The notes: a model not told the origin generated them from the letters alone. 64,000 bases of DNA from Actinomycetota bacterium (GCA_036406615.1 DASXAQ010000127.1:8309-72308), one strand, 5' to 3'; positions 25,365 to 36,725 are shown, numbered from the stretch's first letter. A program made the numbers and translations.

Positions 25365-27620
25365 TCATCCCGTGCCCGCGCCGGGCGCCGATCCGGCGCC
25401 GGCCGTCGCCGGACCTGAGGAGAGGCTGCCCGCCGACCGGGATTTCGTGAACCAGATCGCCGCGGCCAGAGCCGCCGCCGCAACGAGCCCGATCGACACC
25501 CGCGCGCCGGCGTTGTTCGCGTACTTGACGACCAGCGGCACGATCAGCAGCGCGACCAGGTTCATCACCTTGATCATGGGGTTGAGCGCGGGTCCGGCCG
25601 TGTCCTTGAACGGGTCTCCGACCGTGTCGCCGATGACCGTCGCCTTGTGCGTGTCGCCGCCCTTGCCGCCGTACTGGCCCTCCTCCACCGACTTCTTCGC
25701 GTTGTCCCACGCGCCGCCGGCGTTCGACAGGAACACCGCCATGAGCTGGCCGGTGAGGATCGTGCCCGCCAGGAACGCGCCGAGCGCCTCCTCCTTCAGC
25801 AGGAACCCCGTCACGATCGGCGCGAGCACCGCGAGCAGCGCCGGCGTCATCAGCTCGCGAAGCGACGAGCGCGTCACGATGTCCACGACGGCCGAGTAGT
25901 CGGGCTTCTCGGTGAAGTCCATGATCCCCGGGTGCTCGCGGAACTGCGTGCGGACCTCGTCGACGACCTGGCCGGCGGCGCGCCCGACGGCGCGGATCGC
26001 GAACGACGAGAACAGGAACGCGACCGAACCGCCGACGAGCAGCCCCACCAGCACCAGCGGCACGTTCACCCGGATGCCGACGAGCTCCAGGCGCGCGGCC
26101 TGCTGGAACGCGCCGAACAGCGACGTGGCGGCCAGGACCGCCGTCGCGATGGCCACGCCCTTGGTGATGGCCTTCGTCGAGTTGCCGATCGCGTCCAGGC
26201 TGCCCAGGATCTCGGCCGGCCGGCCCTCGAACTCGCCCGACATCTCCGCGATGCCCTGCGCGTTGTCCGAGACCGGCCCGTATGTGTCCATCGACACGAT
26301 GACGCCGACCGTGGACAGCAGCCCGATCCCCGACAGCGAGATGTAGTACAGCTCGCGCGACAGGTTCGTCATGCTGCCGCCGCCCAGGTAGAAGTCGCCG
26401 ACGATCGCGGCCCCGATCAACAGGATCGACCAGACGCTGGACTCGAGCCCCTCGCTGATGCCGGCCAGGATGTTCGTCGCGGGCCCGGTCGTCGACGCCG
26501 CGGCGATGTCCTTCACCGGGCGCCGCGTGGTGGAGGTGTAGTGCTCGGTCAGCAGCTGGATGATCGACGCCAGCGCCAGACCGATCAGGACCGCCCAGAA
26601 CGCTCGGATGTCCTTGAGGTACGCGACCGACAGCACCAGCGCCCCGATGGCGGCCAGGCCGGCCGACAGGAAGAAGCCGCGGTTGATCGCCCGCATGCCG
26701 TGTTCGGTCTCGGAGCGCGGCGTCACCGACAGGATCCCGATGACCGCCACGATCACGCCGACGCCCATCAGCATCAACGGGAACACGACGCCCTTGGCCG
26801 CGAACGCCGCGCCGCCCAGGATGAGCGAGGCGGCGAGCATCACCTGGTAGGACTCGAAGAGGTCGGCCGCCATGCCGGCGCAGTCGCCGACGTTGTCTCC
26901 GACGTTGTCGGCGATGACGGCGGCGTTGCGCGGGTCGTCCTCGGGGATCCCCTGCTCGACCTTGCCGACCAGGTCCGCGCCCACGTCCGCCGCCTTGGTG
27001 AAGATCCCGCCGCCGACACGCATGAACATCGCGAGCAGCGCGGCGCCGAACGCCAGGCCCTCGAGGACGGCGGCCGCGTCGGACCCGTAGATGAGGACGA
27101 AGATCGTGGCGCCGAGCAGCCCGAGCCCGACGGTGAACATGCCGGCGACGCCGCCGGTTCGAAACGCGAGCGTCATCGCACGGCGAAGCCCGGACTGCCG
27201 GGCCGCGTCGGCGACGCGCACGTTGCCGCGCACCGCAAGCCACATCCCGGAGAACCCGGTCGTGGCGGAGAACAGGGCGCCGACGATGAACGCGATCGAG
27301 CGCCCGAACCGGATGGACGAGGCCGAGTGCACGTGGAAGGCCGGAACCGGGAGCAGGAAGAACAGGCCCACCGCCAGGACCACCACGAACAGGGCGATGG
27401 TCCGGAACTGCCGGTTCAGGTAGGCGCTGCTCCCCTCCTGGATGGCCCGGGCGATGTCCTTCATCTTGTCGGTGCCGTCGGGGGCGGCGAGCACCTCGCG
27501 GCGCAGGTACGCGGCGAAGGCGAGGGCGCCGACCGCCAGGGCGACGATCAGCCACAGCGCGGTGGTGTCGAGGGATCCGAAGGAGAAGTGCAGCTCACCA
27601 TCCGCCGCAAGCAGCGTCAT
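25365..27620 (-). CDS. hppA: membrane-bound proton-translocating pyrophosphatase (V-type H+-PPase)
   Basis: 751 aa, ~16 TM helices, with conserved motifs GGGIFTKAADVGADLVGKVE, DNVGDNVGDCAGMAADLFESY and AGGAWDNAKK. Confidence 0.9.
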   Translation of the reverse strand: MTLLAADGELHFSFGSLDTTALWLIVALAVGALAFAAYLRREVLAAPDGTDKMKDIARAIQEGSSAYLNRQFRTIALFVVVLAVGLFFLLPVPAFHVHSASSIRFGRSIAFIVGALFSATTGFSGMWLAVRGNVRVADAARQSGLRRAMTLAFRTGGVAGMFTVGLGLLGATIFVLIYGSDAAAVLEGLAFGAALLAMFMRVGGGIFTKAADVGADLVGKVEQGIPEDDPRNAAVIADNVGDNVGDCAGMAADLFESYQVMLAASLILGGAAFAAKGVVFPLMLMGVGVIVAVIGILSVTPRSETEHGMRAINRGFFLSAGLAAIGALVLSVAYLKDIRAFWAVLIGLALASIIQLLTEHYTSTTRRPVKDIAAASTTGPATNILAGISEGLESSVWSILLIGAAIVGDFYLGGGSMTNLSRELYYISLSGIGLLSTVGVIVSMDTYGPVSDNAQGIAEMSGEFEGRPAEILGSLDAIGNSTKAITKGVAIATAVLAATSLFGAFQQAARLELVGIRVNVPLVLVGLLVGGSVAFLFSSFAIRAVGRAAGQVVDEVRTQFREHPGIMDFTEKPDYSAVVDIVTRSSLRELMTPALLAVLAPIVTGFLLKEEALGAFLAGTILTGQLMAVFLSNAGGAWDNAKKSVEEGQYGGKGGDTHKATVIGDTVGDPFKDTAGPALNPMIKVMNLVALLIVPLVVKYANNAGARVSIGLVAAAALAAAIWFTKSRSAGSLSSGPATAGAGSAPGAGTG

Positions 27621-27865
27621 CGAGTTCCTCCTGGTTCGATGTGGGGGTCGGTCCCGAGGCCGCAGGCCGGAAACCGCAGGTCAAAGCCGCGCGATTATAG
27701 CCGACACATTTCGGCGTCCCGCCGCGCGACGCGCCGCTCGTCCGGCTCGCCCGGCAGCGCCGATCGGGCGACGCGGGCGTGGTTGTGGTGTGTTCACGCT
27801 GTTGCCGCGATTCGTGGGCATAGGTCTTTGCGAAAGGCTCGACCGCCCGCTACCCTGACCGGCCA

Positions 27866-28618
27866 ATGCCGCTAGAAGAATCGCCCGATCACGGCGGTCT
27901 TCCCGTTCAAACCGAACCCTTCCCGGATGACCAGCCTGCGGCCGCGCGCGCCACGCGCCGTGAGGCCTCCGCACGCCGCCGAACCCTGCGATGGGTGCTC
28001 GTGGGCGCCGGCGTGCTGGTCGTGGCCGCGGTCGTGATCGCGCTGGTCGCGATGGGCGGCGGCTCTCCGGGCAACTCCCCGGCCGGGGCACCGCCTCCCA
28101 GCCGCGCGGCGTTCACGTTCCCACTGGACAAGGTGAGCAGCGTGCGCGTCGCTGCGCATGGCCCGACGACGAGCGCGCAGGACGTGGCCGCGGCGGTGCA
28201 GTCGCGGCTGTCGGACATGTACGGGACGGCGTTCCTGGACCCGCGTTCCTGGGCTGGCGCCACCCCGGCGACCCTGTGGCAGACGTTCGCGCCGGCCACG
28301 CGCGCCAGGGCCCAGGGCGACGGGGCCGCGTTCACCCTGAAGGGCATCGGGAAGGTCCAGGACCTGAAGGTCACGACCTCGTCCCTGGACGTCGAGGTCC
28401 TCTACGACCCGTCGGGCCGGCCCTCGGCGGCGATCGCGACCGTGGAATTCGAGGCGTCGGGCCAGACCGGGGGCGGCGCGCCGGTCAACGTGGTGTCGAC
28501 CGCCCACCTCCTGTTGCGCCCGGCGTCCGGCCAGTGGTTCATCTCGGGCTACCCGAGCGCGAGCACGCGGATCGCGCCGCAGGGATCGTCGGCCTCGCCG
28601 TCGGGTGGGACGCCGTGA
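27866..28618 (+). CDS. membrane-anchored hypothetical protein (N-in, single TM, extracytoplasmic domain)
   Basis: 250 aa with a cytoplasmic basic N-terminus and a TM helix (WVLVGAGVLVVAAVVIALVAM). Its stop overlaps the GTG start of the downstream LCP gene (GTGA). Confidence 0.5.
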   Translation: MPLEESPDHGGLPVQTEPFPDDQPAAARATRREASARRRTLRWVLVGAGVLVVAAVVIALVAMGGGSPGNSPAGAPPPSRAAFTFPLDKVSSVRVAAHGPTTSAQDVAAAVQSRLSDMYGTAFLDPRSWAGATPATLWQTFAPATRARAQGDGAAFTLKGIGKVQDLKVTTSSLDVEVLYDPSGRPSAAIATVEFEASGQTGGGAPVNVVSTAHLLLRPASGQWFISGYPSASTRIAPQGSSASPSGGTP

Positions 28619-29580
28619 CGCACCCAGCGCACCCCGTCCGGCGGCGGCACCGCCGCCTCGTGGCAGGTGCCCTGGTCGTCGCGATGGCCGCCGCCGCGGG
28701 GGTGGTCGTGGCGCGGGGCGGGGCGAACGAGGCATCGGCCGCTTCGCCCTCGCCGACGCCGTCCGCAAGCGGGGCCCCGATCGACATCCACGCGGTGCAC
28801 GGCGCGTCCTACCTTCCGGCCCTGCAGGGCAAGCGGCCGCTGTTCATCCTGCTGATCGGCAGCGGCGCCCACCCCGGCCAGTCGGTGCAGGGTTCGCTGT
28901 CGGATTCGATCCACCTGCTCGGGATCAACCTCAAGTCGCGCCGCGCGACGATCCTGGGGTTCCCGCGCGACTCGTGGGTGCCCATCCCCGGGCATGGGTC
29001 GAACAAGATCAACGCCGCCTCTGTCTACGGCGGGCCGCCGCTGCTGGTCCAGACGGTCGAGCAGCTGACCGGCATCCGGATCGACTTCTACGTTCGCACG
29101 ACCTTCTGGGGACTCACCAACCTCGTCAATGGCGTCGGCGGGCTGAACGTCAACGTGCCGCAGGCGATGCACGACAGCTATTCCGGCGCGAACTTCTCGA
29201 AGGGGCGCCACCACCTGACGGGACGACAGGCCCTGGCGTTCGCCCGCGACCGCCACGACTTCGCCAGCGGCGACTTTGCCCGTTCGGCGAACCAGGCCAC
29301 GCTGATGCAGGCTGCCCTCGCCAAGTTCCACCGGCTGTTCCAGCAGGATCCCGCCACCCTGTTCAAGTGGATCGCCGTGGGCTACAGCCAGATCCAGACC
29401 AACGTGCCGTTCCCGATGCTGCTGGACCTGGCGCTCACCGCGACCCAGATCCCCAACGCGAACGTGAACAACAAGGTCGTGCCGGGCGGCGGCGGCACGG
29501 AGGGGACCGCGAGCGTGGTGTTCATCTCGCCGGCGGCCCGGCCCATGTTCGCCCAGATGAAGGCTCGCGGGTACCTCTAG
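28615..29580 (+). CDS. LytR-CpsA-Psr (LCP) family cell-wall polymer transferase
   Basis: The C-terminal 321 aa of ORF 27991..29580 from GTG 28615 have a TM anchor followed by the LCP core (LFILLIGSGAHPG...LGFPRDSWVPIPGHGSNKINAASVYGGPPLLVQTVEQLTGIRIDFYV). The upstream part of that ORF is an Arg-rich artefact. Confidence 0.8.
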   Translation: MTHPAHPVRRRHRRLVAGALVVAMAAAAGVVVARGGANEASAASPSPTPSASGAPIDIHAVHGASYLPALQGKRPLFILLIGSGAHPGQSVQGSLSDSIHLLGINLKSRRATILGFPRDSWVPIPGHGSNKINAASVYGGPPLLVQTVEQLTGIRIDFYVRTTFWGLTNLVNGVGGLNVNVPQAMHDSYSGANFSKGRHHLTGRQALAFARDRHDFASGDFARSANQATLMQAALAKFHRLFQQDPATLFKWIAVGYSQIQTNVPFPMLLDLALTATQIPNANVNNKVVPGGGGTEGTASVVFISPAARPMFAQMKARGYL

Positions 29581-29612
29581 ACCTCCCCGGCCGCGTCGTC
29601 GCGGCGAATGGC

Positions 29613-30657
29613 TCATCCGGTCGCGATCACCACGGCGACGAACGCCGCGTACAGCACGCAGGGTGCGACCAGCACGGGAACGGTGAGCGTGCCCCGGATC
29701 CGCACCACGATCAGCAGGACCAGCCCGACGAACAGCGCGATGGCGGCGGACAGCACCGCGTCGCCGGTCAGCTGCCACGGCGTGAACAGCAAACCGATCG
29801 TCACGGGGAACGACGACTGGAACACCATGGCGCCCGTGACGTTGCCCAGGGCCAGCACGTCCTTGTCGCGTCCGACCCACAGCACGCTGTTGAACAGCTC
29901 GGGGAGCTCGGTGGCGATCGGGGCGACCACCAACGAGAAGAGCAGCGGCGACACGCCCAGGCTGGTCGCGACGTGGTGGATGCCGTCCACGAACACCCGC
30001 GCGCCCCCGACGATGATCGCCAGGGCCACCAGGGTCTGCACGACGCTCGCCCAGGTCGGCGGCGCCACGTCGGCGCGCCGGGGCGAGCGCCGAACCCGCG
30101 CCGCCCACTTCGTGAACGACAGCGGATGGATCTCGCCGGCCGCCTCGCGCTCCTCTTCCGCCTCGCCCTCGGAACGGAAGTGCCGCCACACGTACACGCC
30201 GTACCCCGCCAGCAGCGCGGCCGACAGCGCCCAGTGCGCGGGCCGGACGTGGATCACACCGGCCAGCACCGCCGCGCCGTACATGACCAGGAAGAACGCC
30301 AGGTCCATGGCCGTGAGGCCCGGATCGATCGCCAGCGAACGAACGCGCCGGCCCGAGCGTGCGTACCACGCCAGCGACAGTCCCATCACGGTCATCGCCA
30401 GCGTGGCGAGCATGAACGGCGCGCCGAGGATCGCGCCGATCCCGATCTCCTCGCCGGAATGCGCCCCGCCGCCGCCGACGATCGCGATCACCGGGAGCAC
30501 GGTCTCGGGCAGCGCCGTCCCGATGGCCGCCAGCACGCTGCCGACGGCACCGGCAGACAGGCCGAACCCTTCGCCGATCCATTCGACGCCGTTCGTGAAC
30601 AGCTTCGCGCCGAACAGGATCACGACGAGCGACACGAGCAGCAGAACCCAATCCACG
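29613..30657 (-). CDS. CaCA-family sodium/calcium exchanger (YrbG-like)
   Basis: The C-terminal 348 aa of ORF 29613..31538 from GTG 30657, with a GGGAGGGG RBS upstream. The two alpha-repeat signatures GTALPE and ATELPE are present. The upstream 290 aa of the track ORF is Arg-rich and antisense to the helicase. Confidence 0.8.
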
Positions 30658-30712
30658 CATCCCCTCCCGGTGTGCGGGCCATTGTCCCATCGAGGCCGAT
30701 ACGATCGGCCCG

Positions 30713-32980
30713 ATGGACGCCGACGCCTTCGTCGACGAGCTGACGTCGTTCGGGCGCGATGACGCGAGCCTCGCCCACGTCGAGCGGCTCCCGGCCCGCC
30801 CCGCGGTCGTGGAGCCGTTCCCGGATATCCCGGAGCTGCTTCGGTCGCGACTGGAGCTGCTCGGCATCGGCGGCCTGTACCCACACCAGCGGGCGGCGCT
30901 CGATGTGCTCGACGAGGGGCGCAACGTGATCGTGTCCACGGGCACCGCGTCCGGGAAGACGCTCGTCTACAACCTCGCGTTCGCCCGCGCGGCACTGCAG
31001 GACCCGAAGCGAACCGCCCTGTATCTGTTCCCGACCAAGGCGCTCGCGCGCGACCAGCTGCGGCAGGTGCGCGACCTGCGCCTGCCGCAGCTGCGCGCCG
31101 CGGTCTACGACGGCGACACGCCGCAGGCCGAACGCCCGCTGATCCGGCGCAACGCGAACCTGGTGATGTCGAACCCCGACATGCTGCACGCGAGCATCCT
31201 GCCCGGCCATGCGCGATGGGCCGACTTCCTGCTGCGGCTGTCGCTGGTGGTCGTCGACGAGGCGCACGTCGCGCGCGGCGTCTTCGGCTCGCACGTGGCC
31301 ATGGTGCTGCGCCGGTTGCGCCGATTGGTGACGCACTACGGCGGCGACCCCGCGTTCGTGATGGCATCGGCAACGGTGGGCAACCCCGCCGAGCTGGCCG
31401 AGCGGCTGAGCGGGCTGCCGTTCGCCGAGGTCGCCGACGACCTGTCGCCGCGCGGCGAGAAGCTGTTCGCCCTGTGGAATCCGCCGCTGGTGGATCCGGA
31501 CCTCGGGATCCGTCGCGGCGCGGTCTCCGAAACCGCATGGCTGTTGGCGAAGCTCGTCGGGTCGGGCACCCGGGCGATCGCGTTCTGCCGGTCGCGCCGT
31601 GGTGCCGAGCTGGTGGCGGAGTTCGCGCGCCGCGAGCTGCCGGGCGGCCTCAAGGACCGGGTCAAGGCGTACCGCGCCGGCTACCTCCCGCAGGAGCGCC
31701 GCGAGCTCGAACGGGCGATCTCGGGCGGCGACGTGGTCGGGGTGGCGGCCACCAACGCGCTGGAGCTCGGCATCGACGTCGGAGCGCTGGACGCGGCGCT
31801 GCTGGCCGGCTACCCCGGCACCCGCGCGTCGATGTGGCAGCAGGCCGGCCGGGCAGGCCGGCGTTCGGACTCCTCGCTCGCCGTGTTGGTCGCGCAGGAC
31901 GACCCACTGGACCAGTACCTGGTGCAGCACCCGGCCGACCTGTTCGGCAAGCCGCCCGAGGCGGCGGTCGTGGACCCGGGCAACCCGTACGTCCTCGCTC
32001 CGCATCTGCTGTGCGCCGCGCGGGAGCAGCCACTGGCCGACGAGGAGCTCGAGCTGTTCGGGCCGGACGCGGCCGACGCGGCCGAGGTGCTCGTTGCCGA
32101 TGGCAAGCTCATCCGGCGACGTGGCCTGCTGCACCATCCGGGCCGCGACTCGCCGCACCGCACCGTCGACATCCGTTCGGCCTCCGGGTCGCTGTTCGCG
32201 ATCGTGGATCAGGAGACCGGCGCGTTGCTCGGCACGGTTGACGAGGCCCGCGCGTTCTTCCACGTGCACCCCGGAGCGGTGTACCTGCACCAGGGCGAGC
32301 AGTTCGAGGTGAGCGAGCTCGACCTGGCGGGGAAGGTCGCGCTGGTCGGCAGAAGCGACGCCGACTACTACACGCAGGCGCGCGACCTCACCGACATCGA
32401 GGTCCTGGACGAACGCGAGGCCGACGAGTCCGGCCCGGCGACGGCCATCTTCGGGGACGTCCGGGTCACCCGGCGCGTGGTGGGCTTCCAGCGAAAGTCG
32501 GTGTTCAGCGGCGACGTGCTGGACAGCATCGAGCTGCGCCTGCCCGATCAGACGCTCGAGACGAAGGCCCTGTGGTGGCTGCTGACGTCGGACCTGCTGC
32601 AGCGCGCCCAGATCGGAAGGGCCGCGCTGCCCGGCGCCGCGCACGCGGCCGAGCATGCGGCCATCGGCCTGCTCCCCCTGGTCGCGACCTGCGACCGGTG
32701 GGACGTCGGCGGGGTGTCGACGCCGCTGCACCCCGACACGGGGATGGCGACGATCTTCATCTACGACGGCTACCCGGGAGGCGCCGGCATCGCCGAGCGC
32801 GGCTTCCGCGCGGGTGCGCGGCTCCTGGAGGCGACGTTCGAGGCGGTGCGGCGGTGCCCGTGCGCTCAGGGCTGCCCGTCGTGCGTCCAGTCGCCGAAGT
32901 GCGGCAACGGCAACGAGCCGCTCGACAAGCAGGGCGCGGTCGCGCTGCTGGCGGCGATGCTCGGCCGGACGTGGGGATGA
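30713..32980 (+). CDS. DEAD/DEAH-box helicase with C-terminal DUF1998 zinc-binding domain (MrfA/YprA, Rv3649-like)
   Basis: 755 aa. Motif I is STGTASGKT, DEAH-like motif is VVDEAH, and the C-terminal CxxC cluster is RRCPCAQGCPSCVQSPKCGN. In mycobacteria the homolog lies near topA. Confidence 0.9.
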   Translation: MDADAFVDELTSFGRDDASLAHVERLPARPAVVEPFPDIPELLRSRLELLGIGGLYPHQRAALDVLDEGRNVIVSTGTASGKTLVYNLAFARAALQDPKRTALYLFPTKALARDQLRQVRDLRLPQLRAAVYDGDTPQAERPLIRRNANLVMSNPDMLHASILPGHARWADFLLRLSLVVVDEAHVARGVFGSHVAMVLRRLRRLVTHYGGDPAFVMASATVGNPAELAERLSGLPFAEVADDLSPRGEKLFALWNPPLVDPDLGIRRGAVSETAWLLAKLVGSGTRAIAFCRSRRGAELVAEFARRELPGGLKDRVKAYRAGYLPQERRELERAISGGDVVGVAATNALELGIDVGALDAALLAGYPGTRASMWQQAGRAGRRSDSSLAVLVAQDDPLDQYLVQHPADLFGKPPEAAVVDPGNPYVLAPHLLCAAREQPLADEELELFGPDAADAAEVLVADGKLIRRRGLLHHPGRDSPHRTVDIRSASGSLFAIVDQETGALLGTVDEARAFFHVHPGAVYLHQGEQFEVSELDLAGKVALVGRSDADYYTQARDLTDIEVLDEREADESGPATAIFGDVRVTRRVVGFQRKSVFSGDVLDSIELRLPDQTLETKALWWLLTSDLLQRAQIGRAALPGAAHAAEHAAIGLLPLVATCDRWDVGGVSTPLHPDTGMATIFIYDGYPGGAGIAERGFRAGARLLEATFEAVRRCPCAQGCPSCVQSPKCGNGNEPLDKQGAVALLAAMLGRTWG

Positions 32981-33023
32981 CCGCGGCCAAGATCGACCTC
33001 GCTCGGGCCGGGTCGGGCGCGCC

Positions 33024-33524
33024 ATGACGTCGCGCTGCATCTACGTCGCGGTGTGCGGCCCCGATCCTGCATCCGAACACGTTGCGGCGCAGTGCGAAAC
33101 GATCGGGCGCCTGCTCGCCCGCGAGGGGGCGGTCGTGGTGTGCGGCGGTCTCGGCGGAGCCATGGAGGCGGTCGCGCGCGGCTGCGCGCAGGAGTCCGGC
33201 ACGAGCATCGGCATCCTGCCGGGACCGAACCGTGTCGGCGCGAATCCCCACCTGTCCTTCGTCATCCCCACCGGCATGGGCGAGGCGCGCAACGCGCTGG
33301 TCGCTCGCAGCGCCGACGTCGTGATCGCGGTCGCCGGCGAGTTCGGCACCCTGTCCGAGATCGCGATCGCGCTGAAGATGGGCGTCCCGGTCGTGGGGTT
33401 GGACACGTGGGAGCTGTCGAAGGCGGGCGCCGTCTCGAACGAGATCGTGCGCGCGTCGACGCCTGAGGAAGCCGTGGCCGCGGCCCTCAGGCTGGCTGCA
33501 GGGGCTGGCGCCGCCGAACGTTAG
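33024..33524 (+). CDS. TIGR00725/SLOG-family Rossmann-fold protein (LOG/DprA-like)
   Basis: 166 aa from the in-frame ATG 33024 of ORF 32655..33524. Sequence is MTSRCIYVAVCGPD...VVVCGGLGGAMEAVARGC...VVIAVAGEFGTLSEIAIALKMGVPVV. It starts 44 nt after the helicase stop. Confidence 0.7.
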   Translation: MTSRCIYVAVCGPDPASEHVAAQCETIGRLLAREGAVVVCGGLGGAMEAVARGCAQESGTSIGILPGPNRVGANPHLSFVIPTGMGEARNALVARSADVVIAVAGEFGTLSEIAIALKMGVPVVGLDTWELSKAGAVSNEIVRASTPEEAVAAALRLAAGAGAAER

Positions 33525-33532
33525 GCGGCCCG

Positions 33533-35130
33533 TCATGCCGCGTGCGGCGAGCGGCGAAGGATCCGCCCGGCGGCATCGCGCTCGGTCGGCGTCAGGCCGG
33601 CGAGCGCCAGCACCGCCACGTACACGACCAGACCCGCGGCACCCGTCGCGACGAGGTCGACCGGCCAGGCCGCATGCCCGAGCGCCAGGTGCACGGCCAC
33701 CATCACCACGCCGGCCGCGAACGCCGGAACCACCAGCCGGACGTAGTGCCGGTTGAACGGCTGGATGTGGACCAGGCGCCAGACGAGCCAGAGCCGGACG
33801 GCGTTCGACACCGTCAACGTCGACGTCTGCGCGATCGCGGCCCCGTTCATGCCGAGGTGCGGCACGAGCACCACGGCGATCGCCAGGTCCAGCAGGAACG
33901 AACCCGCGTACACGGTGAGGTCCCAGCCCGTGCGCCCGACCATGATCAGGATGAAGCCGACGCTTCCCACCGCGACGTTCACGAGCTGGCCGACCAGCAG
34001 AATGCGAAGCGCGGTCGTGCCCGTCGTGAAGCCGGCGCCGAAGATCGTGAGGATGGGGCCGGGCACGATCAGCAGCAACAGCAGCAGCGGCAGGGTGCCG
34101 GCCAGCGTCCACCGCGTCAGTGCCTTGTACAGGCCGTCGAGCCGCTCGCGCTCCTGGCGCGCGTGCAGGTCCGCCACGAACGGGCTGAACATGTAGTTGA
34201 CGGCGATCAGGAACAGCACGAGCGCCTGCGCCACCCGCACCGCCGCCGCGTACACCCCGAGATCGCCCGCGGTGACGACCGCGCCGCCCGCGGACGGCCC
34301 GCGCGCGACGTAGACCGACAGCACGAAGTAGTCCGTCCAGAACAGCGCCTGCGACAGCAGCGCCGCGGGAGCGCGCGGCGCGCCGTAGCGGATCAGCGCG
34401 GACGTCTCTCCGGGTTCCGCCGGCAACCGAGGGAAGGCGCGCGTCTCCCGCAGCCACAGCCACCAGCCCGCGAGCGTCGCGGCCGCCCACGACACGGCGT
34501 ACGCAAGGACCGTCGCGCCCACCGATCGAGACACCGACCACGCGAGGAGCGTGAACGCGATCCACGCCACCGGCTGGCCCGCCCAGTAGACGTAGAGCGT
34601 GTGCCGCATGACTTTGAGCCCGCGCGTCCCGCCCAGGTAGACCTGGCACAGGGCCACGAACGGCATCGCCAGCGCCGCGGCCTGGAACGCGCCGGTGGAG
34701 TCTCCGTGACGGTTGCCCAGCCACGGCGCGGCCGCGAACAGGGCGATGCCGACGACGACGCTCACCGCCGCGGCGATCCCGGCGGCGCGTCGCACCACGG
34801 CTCGGGCGCGGCCGGGCTCTCCCTTGCCCACGTCGATCGCGACCCGGCGCACCGCCGCCATGTCCATCCCGAAGCGCGTGCCCGCGCCGCCGACGAACGC
34901 GATCTGGGTCGCAAGGGTCACGACGCCGAACGCGGCGCTGCCGAGCGCGTGCGAGATCAGCACGCTGGTCCCCAGGCTGGCCAGAACGAACACCGCCAGG
35001 CCGACGATGTTCTGTCCGGTGCCGGACAGCAGGGTCAGATGGTCGCCGAAGCGCTCCTTCGGCAGGGCGGCGGCGACGGCCTCGCGGAGGCCCCGCGATG
35101 GCCGGGGCGCCGGACCGGAGCCGGCGCCGG
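33533..35130 (-). CDS. MOP-superfamily oligosaccharide/polysaccharide flippase (Wzx/PST-like)
   Basis: About 14 TM helices (HLTLLSGTGQNIVGLAVFVLASLGTSVLISHALGSAAFGVV...). The track ORF start at 35287 overlaps the upstream gene by ~150 nt and has a non-coding-like N-terminus. The true start is uncertain, around 35050-35130. Confidence 0.65.
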
Positions 35131-35135
35131 GCTCC

Positions 35136-36725
35136 TCACTCGATGTAGCCAAGGCCCCGGAGGTGCTCTTCGACCTCCTCGGCTTCGGAGGCGTCGAAGC
35201 CGACGGGGGAATCCTCGGCGCCGCTCGCCGGCCCGAGGCCGGGGACCGCCGCCGCCGTGGCCGCCGCGGCCTCCCCGACGACGGCACGAAGCACCGTGCC
35301 GGTATGGCGGCCCGACGCCGGGACGCCGGCGGCGGCCAGGATCGTCGGCGCCAGGTCCACCAGCCGCGCGGTGTCGGGGAACCCGTCCGTGTCGACCGCC
35401 GGACCGGCGGCGACCAGGACGCCGTCCATGCGATGGTCGCCGGAGACCCAGTCGGCCCGCTCCACCGCGGATCGGGCGTGCGTCAGGCTGTACAGCGGCG
35501 ACGGCTCGAGCAACAGGTCGGGCCCGTCGTCCGCGAACCGCCCCTTGAAGACCTCCTCGCGACGCCACACGCGCGCGATCGGATGCTGGCCGGTGCGCGG
35601 GTCCACGAACTCGGCCAGCCGTTCGGCCAGCTCGTCGCGCACCCGGTCGGCATCGGCGGGAGCCACGATGCCGTCGTGGTCGCGTCCGGCCACGTTGACG
35701 TTCACGCCCTCCCCCGTCGATCGGATCGACGTGTACGCCCGCGTCTTCGCCCAGTTGACCGGCTGCGGCAGCGACACCTTTCCGTGCAGGCCGAGCCGGT
35801 CGTAGATCTTGCGGGCGGCCTGCCGCATCGGCCCCCACTGCATCGGCCCGAAGATCGCGTTCGAGGCGGAGAACTCCAGGTAGCCGAGGCGCTCGAGCAG
35901 GCGGTCCATGTTCACCGCACCGGTGCACGACTGCATCCCGTGGTCGCTCATGAACAGCACCACGTCCTCGGGTCCGGTTCGCTCCACCAGCCGCCCGAGC
36001 CCCTCGTCGAGCAGCCGGTAGACGTCCTCGATCTTCGCGGCCAGCGGCTCCTTCGAACGCCGGAGGTAGTCCGGGTGATCGCTCGAGATGTACTGGGACA
36101 GGCAGTGCTGCATGCGGTCCGTGGCCACGAACACCGCGCACGCGACACGCCAGTCCGACTCGTCGAGCAGGAACTCCGTCGCCCGCTGGCGAGCCCTGGT
36201 CAGCTCGACGGCCTCGTCCAGGAAGGGTTCGGGCCGACCGCGAAACGTCGTCCAGGACATGCCGTTGATCGGGAACGGCGCGCCCGCCCGCTCCAGGTCG
36301 CCCGCCAGCGAGTCGGGGTGCGTGAACGGCCGGCCCTTGGGCAGCACGCCGCCGGCCACCAGACGTCCGGAGATCGCCGGCGGGGGCGCGGTCAGCGGCA
36401 CGTTGACCATCACGGTCTCGGCGCCGGCCGCGGTGAGGTCGTCCAGGAACGTCCGCTCCTTCATCGAGCGGTAGGTGACCGGGAACTGCCGCCGCGTGCC
36501 GCGGCGGATCTCCAGGATGTCGTAGACCCCGTGGTCGGCCGGATCGACACCCGTCAGGAACGAGGGCCACGCTGCCCAGGAATGGGTGGGGATGGTCGAC
36601 TTGAGGACGGCGCGCCCGCCGCGGCCGATCAGGGAAGCCAGGTTCGGCAGCGATCCCCGCTCGAGCATCGGGTCGAGGATGCGCCAGTCGGCCCCGTCCC
36701 ACCCGACGATCAGTGCTCGTGACAT
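35136..36725 (-). CDS. alkaline-phosphatase-superfamily nucleotide pyrophosphatase/phosphodiesterase (type I PDE/NPP) family protein
   Basis: 529 aa. Shows [14 protein letters not shown] (metal-binding N-terminal motif), FMSDHGM and the PF01663-like core. Cytoplasmic; no signal peptide. Confidence 0.75.
   Translation of the reverse strand: MSRALIVGWDGADWRILDPMLERGSLPNLASLIGRGGRAVLKSTIPTHSWAAWPSFLTGVDPADHGVYDILEIRRGTRRQFPVTYRSMKERTFLDDLTAAGAETVMVNVPLTAPPPAISGRLVAGGVLPKGRPFTHPDSLAGDLERAGAPFPINGMSWTTFRGRPEPFLDEAVELTRARQRATEFLLDESDWRVACAVFVATDRMQHCLSQYISSDHPDYLRRSKEPLAAKIEDVYRLLDEGLGRLVERTGPEDVVLFMSDHGMQSCTGAVNMDRLLERLGYLEFSASNAIFGPMQWGPMRQAARKIYDRLGLHGKVSLPQPVNWAKTRAYTSIRSTGEGVNVNVAGRDHDGIVAPADADRVRDELAERLAEFVDPRTGQHPIARVWRREEVFKGRFADDGPDLLLEPSPLYSLTHARSAVERADWVSGDHRMDGVLVAAGPAVDTDGFPDTARLVDLAPTILAAAGVPASGRHTGTVLRAVVGEAAAATAAAVPGLGPASGAEDSPVGFDASEAEEVEEHLRGLGYIE

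Noticed and set aside
29613-31538. Upstream 290 aa of the 641-aa ORF, and the first 430 aa of ORF 41814..44510
   Set aside because: These are Arg-rich leaders running antisense to the helicase and TauE genes. The real genes (CaCA antiporter, cca) start at internal GTG/ATG codons with RBSs.
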